From: Octopus bimaculoides
Taxonomy: Eukaryota
Assembly (NCBI RefSeq): GCF_001194135.2
Contig: NC_068989.1
Span: forward strand, 35,320,118 to 35,369,706
DNA: 49,589 nt
Direction: 5' to 3'
The notes below the pieces were generated by a model. It was given only the letters and a program-made list of their open reading frames with translations, searched no databases and was not told where the DNA came from. Made by a program: the position numbers and the translations under genes. Below are positions 10,976-24,340 of the stretch, piece after piece (within the stretch, counting starts at the first letter, position 1; each line of letters begins with the position of its first letter).

Positions 10976-11948
10976 GTGAGTATTCTGCTAATTATGTGAT
11001 CTTAGTAACAACTATGACAAATTGTAAGCCTACAATTATGATTGTAATAAAAGGAATAAATTATTTTTCTGTTAAAATATTTAACATTTCATAGAAGATC
11101 CTTCACTGAGTCTTGCTTCAGATATTAAACATTGCCTCTTTTCACAAAAAAATTATGTATTCTATTTTAAGAATATTGTTTGTACTTTTTATTTGTTGAT
11201 AAGATCACTGATTCCCTTAGATACACTATGAGGGTGGGTGTTGGATAGAACTGTGACTGAAATCCATAGTACATTTCACTTTCTAAATAACTGTTCTGAG
11301 TTCAAATGCTGATGTTGTCTGTTTTACTTTGCATCAATTTGGTATTAGTTTATTTTGGATTTTAAAGTGCAACTTACTAGAAATTTGGCTAGTATTTCCA
11401 GCAGATCAAGGACACATAGAATAAATGCCAGTGGTCTTTTTTCTTAATTATGTTTATATAACATATTAATAAATGTTTTAATGCCATAATATAACTGTTT
11501 GTCCGTCTTTTATCTTTAGATGTGTGTGTTTGTGTGTATGTGTGTGTGTGTGTGTTTATGTACTGACGCCACCTGAGCTGTGCTAACATTTATCTGTATC
11601 CCATCTTACCAATATGTCCTGTAACTTACCAGTTCAACATAGGAAGATGTGGCCATCAGCAAGAACATCAGGCCATCATTGAAAACTACCCCTTGAAGTC
11701 TCATGTAACCTATGTCAGCTTGGAAAGGAGCAGACATAAAAATAATTATGATGATGATAATTAATAATAAGAAAATTTGATATTTTACTAAATCCAATTT
11801 TCATATTTCAAAATTAATTGAAGCTCGTAGGAAATGTATTTTGTTATAGATATAGCCATGAAAAGGTTAAGATACTTTCTACACACAAATCTCTTATTTC
11901 AAAAATAATTCTCACTGAAATCTTATTGCTTGGATTTTTGCTTTTCAG

Positions 11949-12069
11949 TATGGCACCAAACATATCATCCAAGAACTTGAAAAATATGGGCACAATATCA
12001 ATGTGGTGCATATGTGTGGAGGTCTGAGGAATAATTCCTTGCTAGTGCAAACCTTTGCAGATGTTGTTG
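11949..12069 (+). CDS. FGGY: FGGY exon
   Basis: CTTTTCAG acceptor and GTAAGT donor. YGTKHIIQELEKYGHNINVVHMCGGLRNNSLLVQTFADVV plus 1 nt. Confidence 0.95.
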
Positions 12070-12169
12070 GTAAGTTTGCACACCATATTTGACACCTCTT
12101 ATGTCCAATTTTTTTTTCAACACATTTGTACTTTATCGTGTATGTATGCTGACATTGCACATCTAGCAG

Positions 12170-13460
12170 AGCATGCTAGCTTCATTTCTTTCTAGTCTTC
12201 ACATGTCATCTGCATTTACAACCACGTAGCATTAAGGTTCATAAACAAGCATCATACAATCTGCCCTTCATTTCGAGAGATAAGCCTTTTGTTACCAAGA
12301 AAGTTAATTGCTCTCTGAACTTTCTCCAGCCAGTTCTTACTCTAGCAACTATACTCTCAGTATGTCCTCCTCCACTACGAATTACATCTCCTAGGTAACA
12401 GAAACTATCTGCTACCTCTGGGGATCTTCGTGGGCATTCCAGAAAACCTATTTCCTATGTGCTGTAAATGTTTATTGCACTTACACATCTGCTACAAACA
12501 AAGTCTGCTTTCTCTGTTAATCTTCCTCTGATTCCACTGCACTTCTTATGTGTCCACAGTTTGCACTGAGTACACTGTATGGAATTTATACCATTCCTCT
12601 TCTACATATCAGACTTTTATTTCAATGGATTAGCATACTGTCTGTTTTCCTGCAAACTAGAACTTTGGTCTTTGCTAAGTTAACATCAAGACCCTTTGAT
12701 GACAGGTTTTGCTTCCACACATGGAATTTTAGTTCTAATTCTGCTACAGCTCCAGGTCTAAGAACAAGGCCATCATCATGGAACAGTTCTTATGGGAAGT
12801 CAGTCTTAAATTCCTTTGTTATCGCCTGGGGGACAATGATAGATAGGAGGGAACTGATAACCAAACCCTGATGAACTATCCGCACACTAAATTCATTGCT
12901 GCTTTCACTTTACTGACAGCATCCCTGTACATGGCTTGAATGGCCTTCACAAGCCATTCATCTACTCTTAGCTTCTGCAGGAGCCTTGTCAAAAGTTTTT
13001 TCCAAGTTGACAAATGCCAAGTAGTGTTTTATTTTTAGTTAAATACTTCTCCTAAAGTTGCTTTATGATAAATAAAGCATCAGTGGCACTTTCCTCCTGA
13101 CATGAATCCAAACTGCATCTCATCTAGGTAACCATTTTTTGTAATTGAACTATGACTCTTTCTGTGACTTTGATGAACTGGTCCAGCAATTTGATTCATC
13201 TGTAATTACTACTCTGTAAGGCATCTCCTTTACCTTTGTAACAGTTGACTCTGATGCTGCTGAGTACAAAACCTTCCTGTATTATGTGATTAACTTTATG
13301 GATGACTAGGTTGTGTCCCACTCTGCTAGATATTTGAAGTATCTCAGCAGTGATTCGTGATGGACTAAGGGCTTTCCCTTTCTTTACAACCTTAACTGAA
13401 ACTGTTTTGTCTATCACACTGGTGTCAATAAGAATGGCTGGGTCCTCTCCTGGGTTCATA
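12170..13460 (-). mobile_element. Decayed RTE-clade LINE (RT and downstream Cys-rich region)
   Basis: The minus strand gives VNCYKGKGDALQSSNYR, QFGF, VNLAKTKVL, QCTQCKLWTHKKCSGI and FCYLGD, with many stops and frameshifts. Confidence 0.85.
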
Positions 13461-13607
13461 CTAGGAAGACTGTCTTTCTCTCATTTATTTTTCACATTTG
13501 GCAGATGATGATGATGATGGTGGTGGCGTCATGGCAGCTGAAGCAATGATGCATTTCTCATATAAAGAATGAGCTGATTTCTAGCAAAGTGACAAAACTC
13601 TGTCATC

Positions 13608-16291
13608 CAGGGTTGCCAATTTAGCATATTTTATGCTAGATCTAGCATTTTTTTTTAGCATTTAGCAGAAAATTTTTTAGTCTTGCATTTAGCAGAAAAT
13701 TTTTGAATCTAGTATTTAGCAGGGGAAATAGCAGGTTTAAAATTTTATTTAGCATTTTTCTCTGATCATGACATTTCCAACAAAGTTACCCCTTTTTCTT
13801 CTTTTTCCTCCTTTTCTACTTTTATAAAGTATCTTACAGCCAAATTTTAATACTATTGGCTATTGTTGAATTTTTCGTTCACTTTCATGAAACTTCAAAT
13901 GAAAGTTATCCAAAGGAAATTTATCAAGTTATGAACTTTTCGAGCCCCTCCCCCCGCACTTGGATACAGAGTTGTGCTGGGGGGGGGGGGGTAACTCATG
14001 TCAACACCTGAACTCACTACACAATAATGTAAATATGTTGCAAAGAATGAAAGCATGGAAATTCGTCCTAACAATGCTTTATTCTGTAGTGATGAGATTT
14101 TATCATGACAGGTTGACCGATTTACTTTCAGTTTGACTGTTTTAAAATAGGCCTGTGTTTTTTCATGCTAGCATAAGAATTGTTAACGGCAAATGAAAGA
14201 ATTGTTAGCTGCAAACTGATAAGTTGTGTTTTCAATTTTATATTTTTATTAATCATTCAATTTATTTCTTGCTTCCCACTACATTATAATGAGATAACAA
14301 AGTTGTACCAGCATAAATTCCGAAAGGAATGACTTAAGATGCTACCATTTACTAAGTGCTTGTGTGAAGTCCCTAGTGACCAATCTAAAGCACATTGTAG
14401 ATAATGTAGATGGAATATGTTGGCAAAATATTCTCTTTTAGTAAGCCACCGTGAAGCAAAGAAACATAAGGCATCAACTCCACAGCAAATGATTTCTCTT
14501 CCCAATTTTATTAAAACCAAAAATGATAAGACATCTGTGCTTGAAGCAAATTTTGTAATGTTTATTTGTTGCCACTCATCATTTAATAACTGTGATCACT
14601 TAATAAAGTTATGTAAGAATTATATGTCTGATAGTGATATTATGTCCAAAGTGAAGTTGCATCGTTCAAAATGTGCAAATATTGTGAGAAATGTTGTAGC
14701 TCCATATTTTGATGGAGATTTGATTTCTGATATAGGAGATAGAAAATTTAGCCTGTTATTAGATGAATCCAAATGATATATCGATAAACAAGTTGTTAGG
14801 AATTGTCATCATATATTACAGTGACATTCACAAAAAAGTGGTACATACACATCTCAGGATGGTATCTTTAGAAACACGTGATGCAGATGGTATTGTAGAT
14901 GCCTTAAAAACTGAATTAACGAAAAAGAAATTAGATATAAAAAATTTACTGGGTATAGGAACTGACAATGCTAGAGTAATGACAGGAGTCAACAATGGTG
15001 TTTTCCAGAAATTAAAAGAAGTTCCATCNNNNNNNNNNNNNNNNNNNNNNNNNNNNNNNNNNNNNNNNNNNNNNNNNNNNNNNNNNNNNNNNNNNNNNNN
15101 NNNNNNNNNNNNNNNNNNNNNNNNNNNNNNNNNNNNNNNNNNNNNNNNNNNNNNNNNNNNNNNNNNNNNNNNNNNNNNNNNNNNNNNNNNNNNNNNNNNN
15201 NNNNNNNNNNNNNNNNNNNNNNNNNNNNNNNNNNNNNNNNNNNNNNNNNNNNNNNNNNNNNNNNNNNNNNNNNNNNNNNNNNNNNNNNNNNNNNNNNNNN
15301 NNNNNNNNNNNNNNNNNNNNNNNNNNNNNNNNNNNNNNNNNNNNNNNNNNNNNNNNNNNNNNNNNNNNNNNNNNNNNNNNNNNNNNNNNNNNNNNNNNNN
15401 NNNNNNNNNNNNNNNNNNNNNNNNNNNNNNNNNNNNNNNNNNNNNNNNNNNNNNNNNNNNNNNNNNNNNNNNNNNNNNNNNNNNNNNNNNNNNNNNNNNN
15501 NNNNNNNNNNNNNNNNNNNNNNNNNNNNNNNNNNNNNNNNNNNNNNNNNNNNNNNNNNNNNNNNNNNNNNNNNNNNNNNNNNNNNNNNNNNNNNNNNNNN
15601 NNNNNNNNNNNNNNNNNNNNNNNNNNNNNNNNNNNNNNNNNNNNNNNNNNNNNNNNNNNNNNNNNNNNNNNNNNNNNNNNNNNNNNNNNNNNNNNNNNNN
15701 NNNNNNNNNNNNNNNNNNNNNNNAGAAGCAATACATTTAAATGCAGAAAAAATTGCTTCAGTTGGAATTCAGTTTAATATCATTCATTTAGTTAAATGGA
15801 CAAATACGTCTAATACTGAGGCATTCTGGCTGGAAGTCTTGGAATATAAAGATGCTACTGGAGGAAATCCTTTTAGAGATGTTACAAATTTTGCCATTAA
15901 TCTATTGACATTGCCAAACTCAAATGCAGAAGTTAAGTAGTTGTTCAGTAGTATGGGTGTAATCAAATCAAAATTGGGAAACAAAATGCATCTTCCTATG
16001 CTTAGATCAATAATACTGTCTATAAAATATGGCTTGAAAAGATATGGCAAATGTTGCAAAATCTTTGATATTCCAAAACACATAATTAATAAGATTGGGA
16101 CCTTGAATGTATACGGAAGTCAAGACCTAGGCACTGCAGCTGAAAGTGATCAAATCAGTGAAATTCAAGAAATTATTTCTCAATGCTGAATAAAATTAAA
16201 GAAAGTAAATAAAAATTAAGCTTTAGCATTTTTTTTAGTATTTTTTCTACTGAAATTTAGCATAAAATTGTGATTTAAGTTGGCAACACTA
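13608..16291 (+). mobile_element. hAT DNA transposon, near full length, transposase disrupted
   Basis: TIRs CAGGGTTGCCAA/TTGGCAACACTA; 8-bp TSD CTGTCATC/CTGTCACC. Transposase motifs FSLLLDES-DIS, GIGTDNARVMTG and LTLPNSNAEV. Frameshift near 14770, stop near 15940, N gap at 15029-15723. Confidence 0.9.
15029..15723. other. Assembly gap (others at 27749-28661, ~37329-37752, 44074-44237)
   Basis: Runs of N; ORFs spanning them are artefacts. Confidence 1.
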
Positions 16292-17245
16292 CTGTCACCA
16301 GAGAGTTAACCACCATGAAGGTAGTGGCAAGCAACCAAGACCTTTGGCGATATACTATGTTTGAGAAGATCTGTCAAGCCAAGTGAAATCGTAGTTGTGG
16401 CCAATGCCAGTGTCATGTAACTGGCTCATTAAAAGCACCCTTCAAACATTGGACGATATGCTGTCCTTGTGAAGACCTTTCGGGCCGAGTGAAATCATAG
16501 TCATGGCTAATTGGCACCCATGCTGGTGGCACATAAAAAGCACCATTCAAGTGTTGGGCCTCATGGAGGCAGTGACAGGTAACAGACCTTTGGCAAGATA
16601 CCATACAGTGTAGACCTGTCAAGCCAAGTGAGACCATAGTTGTGGCTGGTGGCATGTAAAAACCACCCACTACACTTTCGGAATGGTTGGCATTAGGAAG
16701 GGCGTCCAACTGTAGAGACCTTGCCAAATCAGATTGGAACCTGGTGCAGCTCCCCAGCTTACCAGTTTTCAGTTAAACTGTCTAACCCATGCCAGTATGG
16801 AAAACAGACGTTAAATGATGATGATGATGATGACAACATTGAAATGTTACTAGTGAACTTTCTTTGGCTGAAAATGCCAGCCTTTCATGATTACTGCTGA
16901 AGACATTTACTAACATAACCTAATAGACCAATAACTATAAATGTAAATTCATAAAGTTTGTATGCATGTGTGTTAGCTATCACTTTATCATTATGTTTCA
17001 AGGCAGCCAAGGAAGAATGGTTATTAGAAACTAGGAATTCTTATTCAACACAACTAATTACCAAGTGTTACAATTTCAAGAACTAACAGTTTACCAAATT
17101 TTCTAAAACAAAGCAAAGAATTTTAAAAATACATTCTTCTGACTGATACTAACAGTTCTTTGAAAAAACGATGTTCATTAAAATAATATGAATTATTTGT
17201 AATGTTCTTAAGTCTTTGACAGTAACATGTACCTTTTTTGTGCAG

Positions 17246-17340
17246 GAATACCATTTGTTCTTCCTGATATGGATGAATCAGTGTTGCTAGGAGCAGCTAT
17301 TCTTGGTGCATTTGCCAGTGGAAATTACTCTAGTATTCAG
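17246..17340 (+). CDS. FGGY: FGGY exon
   Basis: TGTGCAG acceptor and GTTAGT donor. (G)IPFVLPDMDESVLLGAAILGAFASGNYSSIQ. Confidence 0.95.
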
Positions 17341-17870
17341 GTTAGTAGTAACCAAGTAGTTTGTTAAAAAATCTACTTATAGATTGTTGTGTCATTTGAT
17401 GCGTGATTAATCTTGAATATTTATATGCTTCTGTAACTTATGTACCCTGATGAAATACAGATCTTTCACCAGTTCCTGAGTCACTTAACATATGTCAAAA
17501 TATTTTGTCAAAAAGAGAAAAGAAATGTTCCTATTTGCCATATTTAGTAATTAGCACCCATGCTGGTGATACATAAAAAATACCCATTACACTCTTGGAG
17601 TGGTTAGTGTTAGGAAGTGCATTCAGCCATAAAAACCATGCCAAATCAGACTGGAACAACTCTTCAGTCAAATTGTCTAATCCATGCCAACATGGAAAGC
17701 AGATACTAAATGATGATGATGATAATTTTCAATTACCAATCTTAGGAAAGTTTATTTCCTTCAAAAGATCAACTGGAAGAGGAATTTACTTGAAGATGAA
17801 AATGAAATCATGAACTGCACCTTATAGATTTGTTCAGACCCTAAACAAAATTTCCATGTTTTGAAGACAA

Positions 17871-18540
17871 AGAATACATATCGGGGATTAGTCTCCAATA
17901 TGTAACACATGTTGGAGGTTGGCCACATTATGCTATATTGAGAGGATGGTCTCTGTAATGCATGTAAGAAGTTGGTCTCTTTCTATAATACAAGTGGGAA
18001 ATTGGTCTGTGTGGCTCAGTAGTTAGATCATCAGGCTTGCAATCATAAGGTAGTGAATTTGATTCCTGGACTGGGCTGTGTGTTGTGTTCTTGATCAAGA
18101 CACTTTATTTCATGTTGCTCTGGTTCACTTAGCTGTAGAAATGAGTTTGCAGTATCACTGGTGCCAAGCTGTATTGACCTTTGCCTTTCCCTTGGATAAC
18201 ATTGGTGGCATGGAGAGGGAAGGCTGGTATGCATAGGTGACCGCTGGTCTTCTATAAAAACAACTTTGCTCAGACTTGTGCCTCAAAAGGAACTTTCTAA
18301 GTGCAGTCGTATGGTCATTCATGACCAAAAGAGGTCTTTATCCTAATGCATGTGGGCAATTAGTTTGTCTATAATACATGTGGGAGATTAGTTTCCTTGT
18401 AATATATGTGGAAAGTTGGTCTCTCTATAATACATACACATGTAAGAGGCTGGTTTTTATTGTACACGTGGAAGGTTTGTCTTACTACAATACATATAGG
18501 GGGTTCGTCTCTGTAATACACACAAAAGGTTGGTCTTACT
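17871..18540. repeat. Degenerate ~27-bp minisatellite split by a SINE insertion
   Basis: About 11 units resembling T(G/A)TAATACATGTGGGAGGTTGGTCTCTC on both sides of 18007-18343. Confidence 0.75.
18007..18343 (+). mobile_element. tRNA-derived CORE-like SINE (inverse copy at ~36139-36470)
   Basis: A-box TGGCTCAGTAGTTAG, B-box-like TTTGATTCC, core GTGTTCTTGATCAAGACACTT..CAGCTGTAGAAATGAG. The reverse-complement copy at 36139-36470 aligns along its length. Confidence 0.8.
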
Positions 18541-19036
18541 AGTTATACTGATCAGCAGATGAAGTGTTTGGAAGAAGAAAGAAGAAACTCAAAGACAGTG
18601 AGATATGAAGAGGAGGAGGAGGAGGTAGAAAAGAAGACTGCTGCTCCTGCTGAAGGTGGTGTTGTGTTAAAATAGTAAATCTCTTTTAGAAACTAGATGA
18701 AAAGAAAAAAATATCTTTTATTATTTTTCTTGACCAGACTAACTAGTTTGTATACACTATATGCTACCAATATATCCATGGATAGAAAATGGATATTGTT
18801 TCTCTGACTAAGTTTTAAGACCAGCAACTAGTCTCATTAATCTCATTTATATGTGGTGTAACTACTTAATTTACCTTTGACACTGAGGCTAAAATTATTT
18901 GTTTATTATAAAAAGTAAAGCTTACATTTTGTTTTAAATTATTAATAGTTATTTTTTGTCAGAAAATAAGGACTTATAATAAATATGAGTCATCGATTTG
19001 TCTTCATAACCAATTTAACTTTTATTTCAATAACAG

Positions 19037-19098
19037 GAAGCTATGGAAGCAATGGGTGGAGAAGGCTCTGTTGTCATGCCAAATAAACAGGACTTCAG
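19037..19098 (+). CDS. FGGY: FGGY exon
   Basis: TAACAG acceptor and GTAATT donor. EAMEAMGGEGSVVMPNKQDF plus 2 nt. Confidence 0.9.
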
Positions 19099-19229
19099 GT
19101 AATTTTTATAAAATAAACATTCCCAGCTATACAGACACTGAACCTCCTGAAAATTTGTGAAGAGGTATATTCTGTTTACCTACATCTATGTCATCAATAT
19201 TCACTTACGTGATAGAGTGAAGGAGAGGT

Positions 19230-19770
19230 AGAGTGACAGACTCCCATAACTTTGGTTTTCTCCCTCTGGCGTCATGCTCTTGCTCGATGGGGCTAGGATG
19301 ATTCCAAGTTAGTGTTCCCAGAGGTGTCTTCATGCATAGAGCCAACCAGTGCTCACCATCGCTGGTCGTTTTGTGCCAGCTCTTCTGCATCCTCCTAAGT
19401 GACATTTAACCTCTGGAGATCTTCTCCAATCACGCCCAGCCAGCTGCTGCACTGAATGAGAGTAAAGCCTTGGTAAGATGATCTAGTGGGAGATGGAGGA
19501 CATGTCCATACCATCACATGCAACAGATAGCTATGAGGTGGGAGGCTGCAGGCTGATGCGTGTGTGTGCATGCAGTTCTTTATTGGAAATGTGATGGTTC
19601 AGTTCTTTGTTGGAAACATGGTGGTTCCACCTAATGTTCTCAATGGTTCTCTGGGCTCTGCTATAGAAACCATTGATTCCCTTTGTCAGAGTCTTCAAGA
19701 GGTCCATATTTCTGCTCCATAATGGTGAATGAAGAGGACCAATGCATTGTAGACGCATTTATCACCCCTG
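19230..19770 (-). mobile_element. Decayed RTE-like LINE 3' fragment
   Basis: The minus strand gives TLTKGINGFYSRAQRTIENIRWNHHVSNKEL, a typical RTE post-RT segment, with frameshifts. Confidence 0.7.
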
Positions 19771-19888
19771 GCTGAATATAGTGAAATTGTTATTGTTTAG
19801 CTGTTTGTCAAAGGCATATATATATATATATACATTAAGTATGATACATAGATGGTTATATTAATTTGATAATGTTTCTATGTTTCAG

Positions 19889-19967
19889 TTACCATGAAAA
19901 GAAGTACCGAGTATTTCTCCAGATGTTAAATGATCAGAAAGCTTACCAAACCATAATGGAATCATAG
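19889..19967 (+). CDS. FGGY: FGGY terminal coding exon
   Basis: TGTTTCAG acceptor. (S)YHEKKYRVFLQMLNDQKAYQTIMES* matches the FGGY C-terminus (Y..KKY.VFL....QK.Y..IM). Confidence 0.95.
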
Positions 19968-20062
19968 AAAGAACATCCTAGATAAAAATATCTCTTACAA
20001 TTTATAACAATTGTCCCAGGAATATTGAATTTGCAACCATTGATTTCTTTCACAAAATTTAT

Positions 20063-20225
20063 ATCATGGCTGATGGAAATTATTTTCAGATCCTAAATGA
20101 ATAAGTAATTAGTGATTTAGTATTATCATAATTAAATGTCAAAAAGTTTACATCATGACTGATGGAAATTATTTTCAGATCCTAAATGAATAGGTAATTA
20201 GTGATTCAATATAATCATGATTAAA
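20063..20225 (+). repeat. Tandem duplication (~74 bp, period 89) in the FGGY 3' UTR
   Basis: ATCATG(G/A)CTGATGGAAATTATTTTCAGATCCTAAATGAATA(A/G)GTAATTAGTGATT at 20063 and 20152. Confidence 0.9.
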
Positions 20226-20238
20226 ATTTTGAAAATTT

Positions 20239-20244
20239 AATAAA
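20239..20244 (+). terminator. Candidate FGGY polyadenylation signal
   Basis: AATAAA about 270 nt after the stop codon, followed by T-rich sequence. Confidence 0.5.
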
Positions 20245-20521
20245 AATGGATATTTTTTTTAAAAACTTTGAGTGCTCATTGTTTTTTGGTAAAGAAGTAA
20301 CATATAAATACAGGCATTTCCCGATTGAAAGAGTTTCAGTTGATTATGTTATAGAGATGTACTCCTGATCATGTTACAGAGACTTTATACTCCTCATCAT
20401 GTTATGTGGATGTGATACTACTGACCATGTTATAGAAATATTATACTCTTGGCTGTAAATAGATATATCATGGGGAAGAATAGTTCACCTCTGTAAAAAC
20501 TGGAGGCATTGTAAAATACCA

Positions 20522-20556
<35 letters not shown>

Positions 20557-22244
20557 TAGTTGTAGGGCTTGACTGAACTAAAAACTTCAAGTTGTCAATT
20601 AATAACCCCAACTCATTCCACTGATCTCTATCTACAGCAACATATGAACTACAATGATAAACTTTCAATTTACTTAGGACATAAATGAGTATCACACACT
20701 CCTGTTTTCTCAAAGGATTCGCACCTTTATATAGAAAAATCAATATTGTGATTGGATTAAATAGCTCCCTTACATAATAACAAGGTACCTGATTTAAAGG
20801 AAAGAAAATAAATTCCCCTTTTTTGTTTGTGCATTTCTAAAAATATTGATTTCTATCAATGGTACAAGACTAAGGGAGTATGATCCATTCACTTACTTCT
20901 ACCAAAGTACATGACTGGTATTGATTGGCCATGGCAAGATTTGAACTTAGAGAGACTGTAAACAGATATACCTAAATATTGCATTACATTTTATCTAGCA
21001 CTGTATGATATTGGTGACTTTTTTTAATGTTAGTCTGAGATGCAGATGCAGTCATGGCTGTATCGTTGAGAACTTCCTAACTACATTGTTTTAAGTTCAG
21101 TCCCATTGTGTGGCACCTTGGACAAGTGTCTTCTACCATAGCCCAGAATTGTCCTAAGTTCTGTGAATATATTTCGTAGATGAAACTAAAAGATGCTTGT
21201 TGTATATACATTTGTGTGTGTGTTTGTATGTATGTCTTTGTGTCTGTTTTTGTCCGCTCCCACCACTGCTTGACAACTGATATTGGTATGTTTACAACCA
21301 CATAACATCAACTAACAATATCAACAGAAAAAGTACTGAAGGACTGGGCTTGCTTCATTCAACTAAAAATTCTTCAAGCTGGTGCCTCAGCATGGCTGCA
21401 GTCTAATGACTGAAACAAGTAAAAGATAAAAAATTAAAGATATATATATATATATATATATATATAATACAAAAAATATATATGCATGTATACACACATA
21501 TATGTATATACTTTCATCTACATGTGTGTATAGATGCATATCAGGGTACAGGACGTTAGAACAATGAACTACAGACAACGGAACGAACACATAGGAAAAC
21601 AGAAAGCCACTTGGAATTATTCATCAGCTGCCTCTATTCTAACTCGACATATATATATATATCATCATCATCATCATCATCGTTGTCGTCATCATCATTT
21701 AACGTCTGTTTTTCATGTTGTCATGGGTTGGATGGTGTGATCAGAGCTGGGGGTGGGAAGCTGCACCAGACTAGTCTGATTTGGAATGGTTTTTACAGCT
21801 GGATGCCCTTCCTAAAGCTAATCACTTTAAAGAGTGTGCTGGATGCTTTTATGTAGCACCAGAAGGGTGCTTTTACATGGAACTGCATAGGTGCTTTTAG
21901 CATGGAAAATGGATGACAAGGTATATATCTTTCTTCTATTTAATCATGTTTAACAACTTAATCAAAAACATGCGGATTTCTAATGAAGAGAGAATGAGAG
22001 AAATGATGGCTTTAATATATAAACTAGAAGAATTGGGATGTGGAGTCAATGGGAAGTGATAGCAGTTGTGAAGGGATATAAAGTAAAATAGCTTTAACTC
22101 AGAACCTCATGTATGTGATTTACAAGGAGTTATGTCAAACGTAATCCACAACAGTAATATACTGAAGGAAAAACAGAGAAAAAGGCAGGAAAAGGTGACT
22201 TATATGTCTTTATTTTCTACGTGTGTGTGAGTGTGTATGCATAT

Positions 22245-22265
22245 ATATATATGTATGTATGTATG

Positions 22266-22330
<65 letters not shown>

Positions 22331-22440
22331 CATATACATATATATAAACTATATGTATCATATACGTAGAAATATATCATATATATATGTATATATATAT
22401 ACATATATACACACACATAGTATACAGATATATAATAGAT
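22245..22440. repeat. Compound (TA)n/(TATG)n microsatellite (representative; many CA, TA, GA and TGA runs throughout)
   Basis: Direct inspection. Confidence 0.95.
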
Positions 22441-23185
22441 ATGTATGTTTTTAAATAATAAAATTGAGTACATTTATATGTAACACATCTGTCTATACTC
22501 AAACATAGAAGGCCATTGTTGGAGTGGACACAAGGGCTAAATATAAATGTACACAGTTTTATTTTAACCATTGTGGCTTAGTGTGCCTTTGATTAAAGAA
22601 TGTTTTTGTACTTTGAGAGAATAATTTGACCAATAAAAGCACATGCACTAGTTGTATTTCACTTTTTATTATTATAGGTCAATTAACAGATTGACTGAAC
22701 AAATTATTGTTAAAAACAATTAAGTATTTTATTAGTTAATTAATTAGCTAGTTGACTGATAATAATAATAATAAAATTGATATTCAACCAGTGCATGTAT
22801 TTTTGCTGGCAAAATGATCCTCCCTAAGTATATCAACATCTGTTTCAACACAATTTGACATCAAGAATCTTGCAAAACAAATACAATTATATATATACAC
22901 ACACACACATACTTATATATACATACAAACATATATATATATATATATGTGTATGTATGTATGTATGTATGTATATATATATATATAAACAATTGCAGCA
23001 TGGAAGATATTTGTAAGCCATTCAAAAACACACAAAAACTCCTAGTTTCGAATGTTGGGGTGGAAAGCCACACCGGCATCTCTTCACTTATCGGGCCATT
23101 GAAAAATATGCCCAAGTTTTGCCCCAACATCCAAAACTCGGAGTTTTATCATGGCTGCCAAATAATTGTCACATATTATATTTAC

Positions 23186-23230
<45 letters not shown>

Positions 23231-23611
23231 CCGTGATAGATCGCTAGCCACTACACATTCTTTATTTTGTCTCCTTGTTTCTTTCTGTGTTCCTTTCTGT
23301 GGAAGAGCATAGGCTCAAGACATTAAAAACTTTTTCACTTCCTGAGTGTTAAACTAATATATCTGTTTGTTGTCTACACCACCTGTTTTCGTCTTTTGTT
23401 TTTTTACGAATTCTCCCTATATATATATATATATATATATATACTTACATATACATACATATATACATATACATACATACACACACACATATATATATAT
23501 TCACACACTCATATATATATATATATAACTAAGAATCACTCATTATTATGTAATGAGTAAAGTATTATATCAGTTCAAATCACAGAAAGCTTAAAAATGA
23601 TTAAAGTCCAA

Positions 23612-24048
23612 TCACTTAGAATCATTATCTGAGTCTTCATCACTGCTATCAGAATAAGCTTGCAAATAATCCAGACCTGAAGATACAGTATTTGAAGAAC
23701 TTGACAAATCTGATTTTGGATCTGAATCTGAACTTGCAGGAATCATTGAACTCATAAATTTGTCTTTACCACTTTTTTCAGTCCCTTTGGGTAGTTTAAC
23801 TCCCAGAATTTGACACTTTGCTGTAATTGAACTGGGTGTGTGTATGCTGGTGGTGGTGGAAGGTGGTGATAAGTGCAGATCATCAAAAACACTCTTCTTG
23901 CTTTTAAGAAGAGATTCAGCAATGCATCTTTTAGCCAAGTCTAATTTCTTATCATGAGAAGGAGTCAATAAATGGGAAGAGAGTTTGTCACAACTTGACA
24001 GAGCAGCAGATATTTGATTTCTTTTCTCTTTTTGAGAAACACTGGAAT
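23612..24048 (-). CDS. YJU2B: YJU2B/CCDC130 terminal coding exon
   Basis: Long pyrimidine tract plus CCAG acceptor; phase matches the previous exon. Open to TGA, ending ...SGLDYLQAYSDSSDEDSDNDSK* (acidic YSDS tail as in CCDC130). Confidence 0.85.
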
Positions 24049-24340
24049 CTGGTGAAAAGAATTAAAGAGAAAAAAAAGAATCTTGTTTTAATACATATTA
24101 TATACATACATGCATCACATGTGTGTGTGTGTGTTTATATATATGTGTGTGAGAGTGTGCATATATATATATTTATATAATGTGTATAACAATTAACCAG
24201 GTGTAGAACATCAAAAGTAGACCCCAGATACTACTGAAGTAGAGGAATATATTTGATATATTATTCAAGCATGGAATACTTACATACAGCACTTAGAGTT
24301 TCCTGACAAGCGACAGATGTGAAGTTATCCAATCAGTAAT

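Noticed and set aside
14763-15740. Long ORFs in the track spanning N runs (also 27291-28907, 37221-37814, 43968-44285)
   Set aside because: Their length comes from assembly gaps; only the flanking real sequence was interpreted.
18559-18675. 38-aa acidic ORF MKCLEEERR...
   Set aside because: Explained by GAA/GAG low-complexity sequence; no homology recognised.
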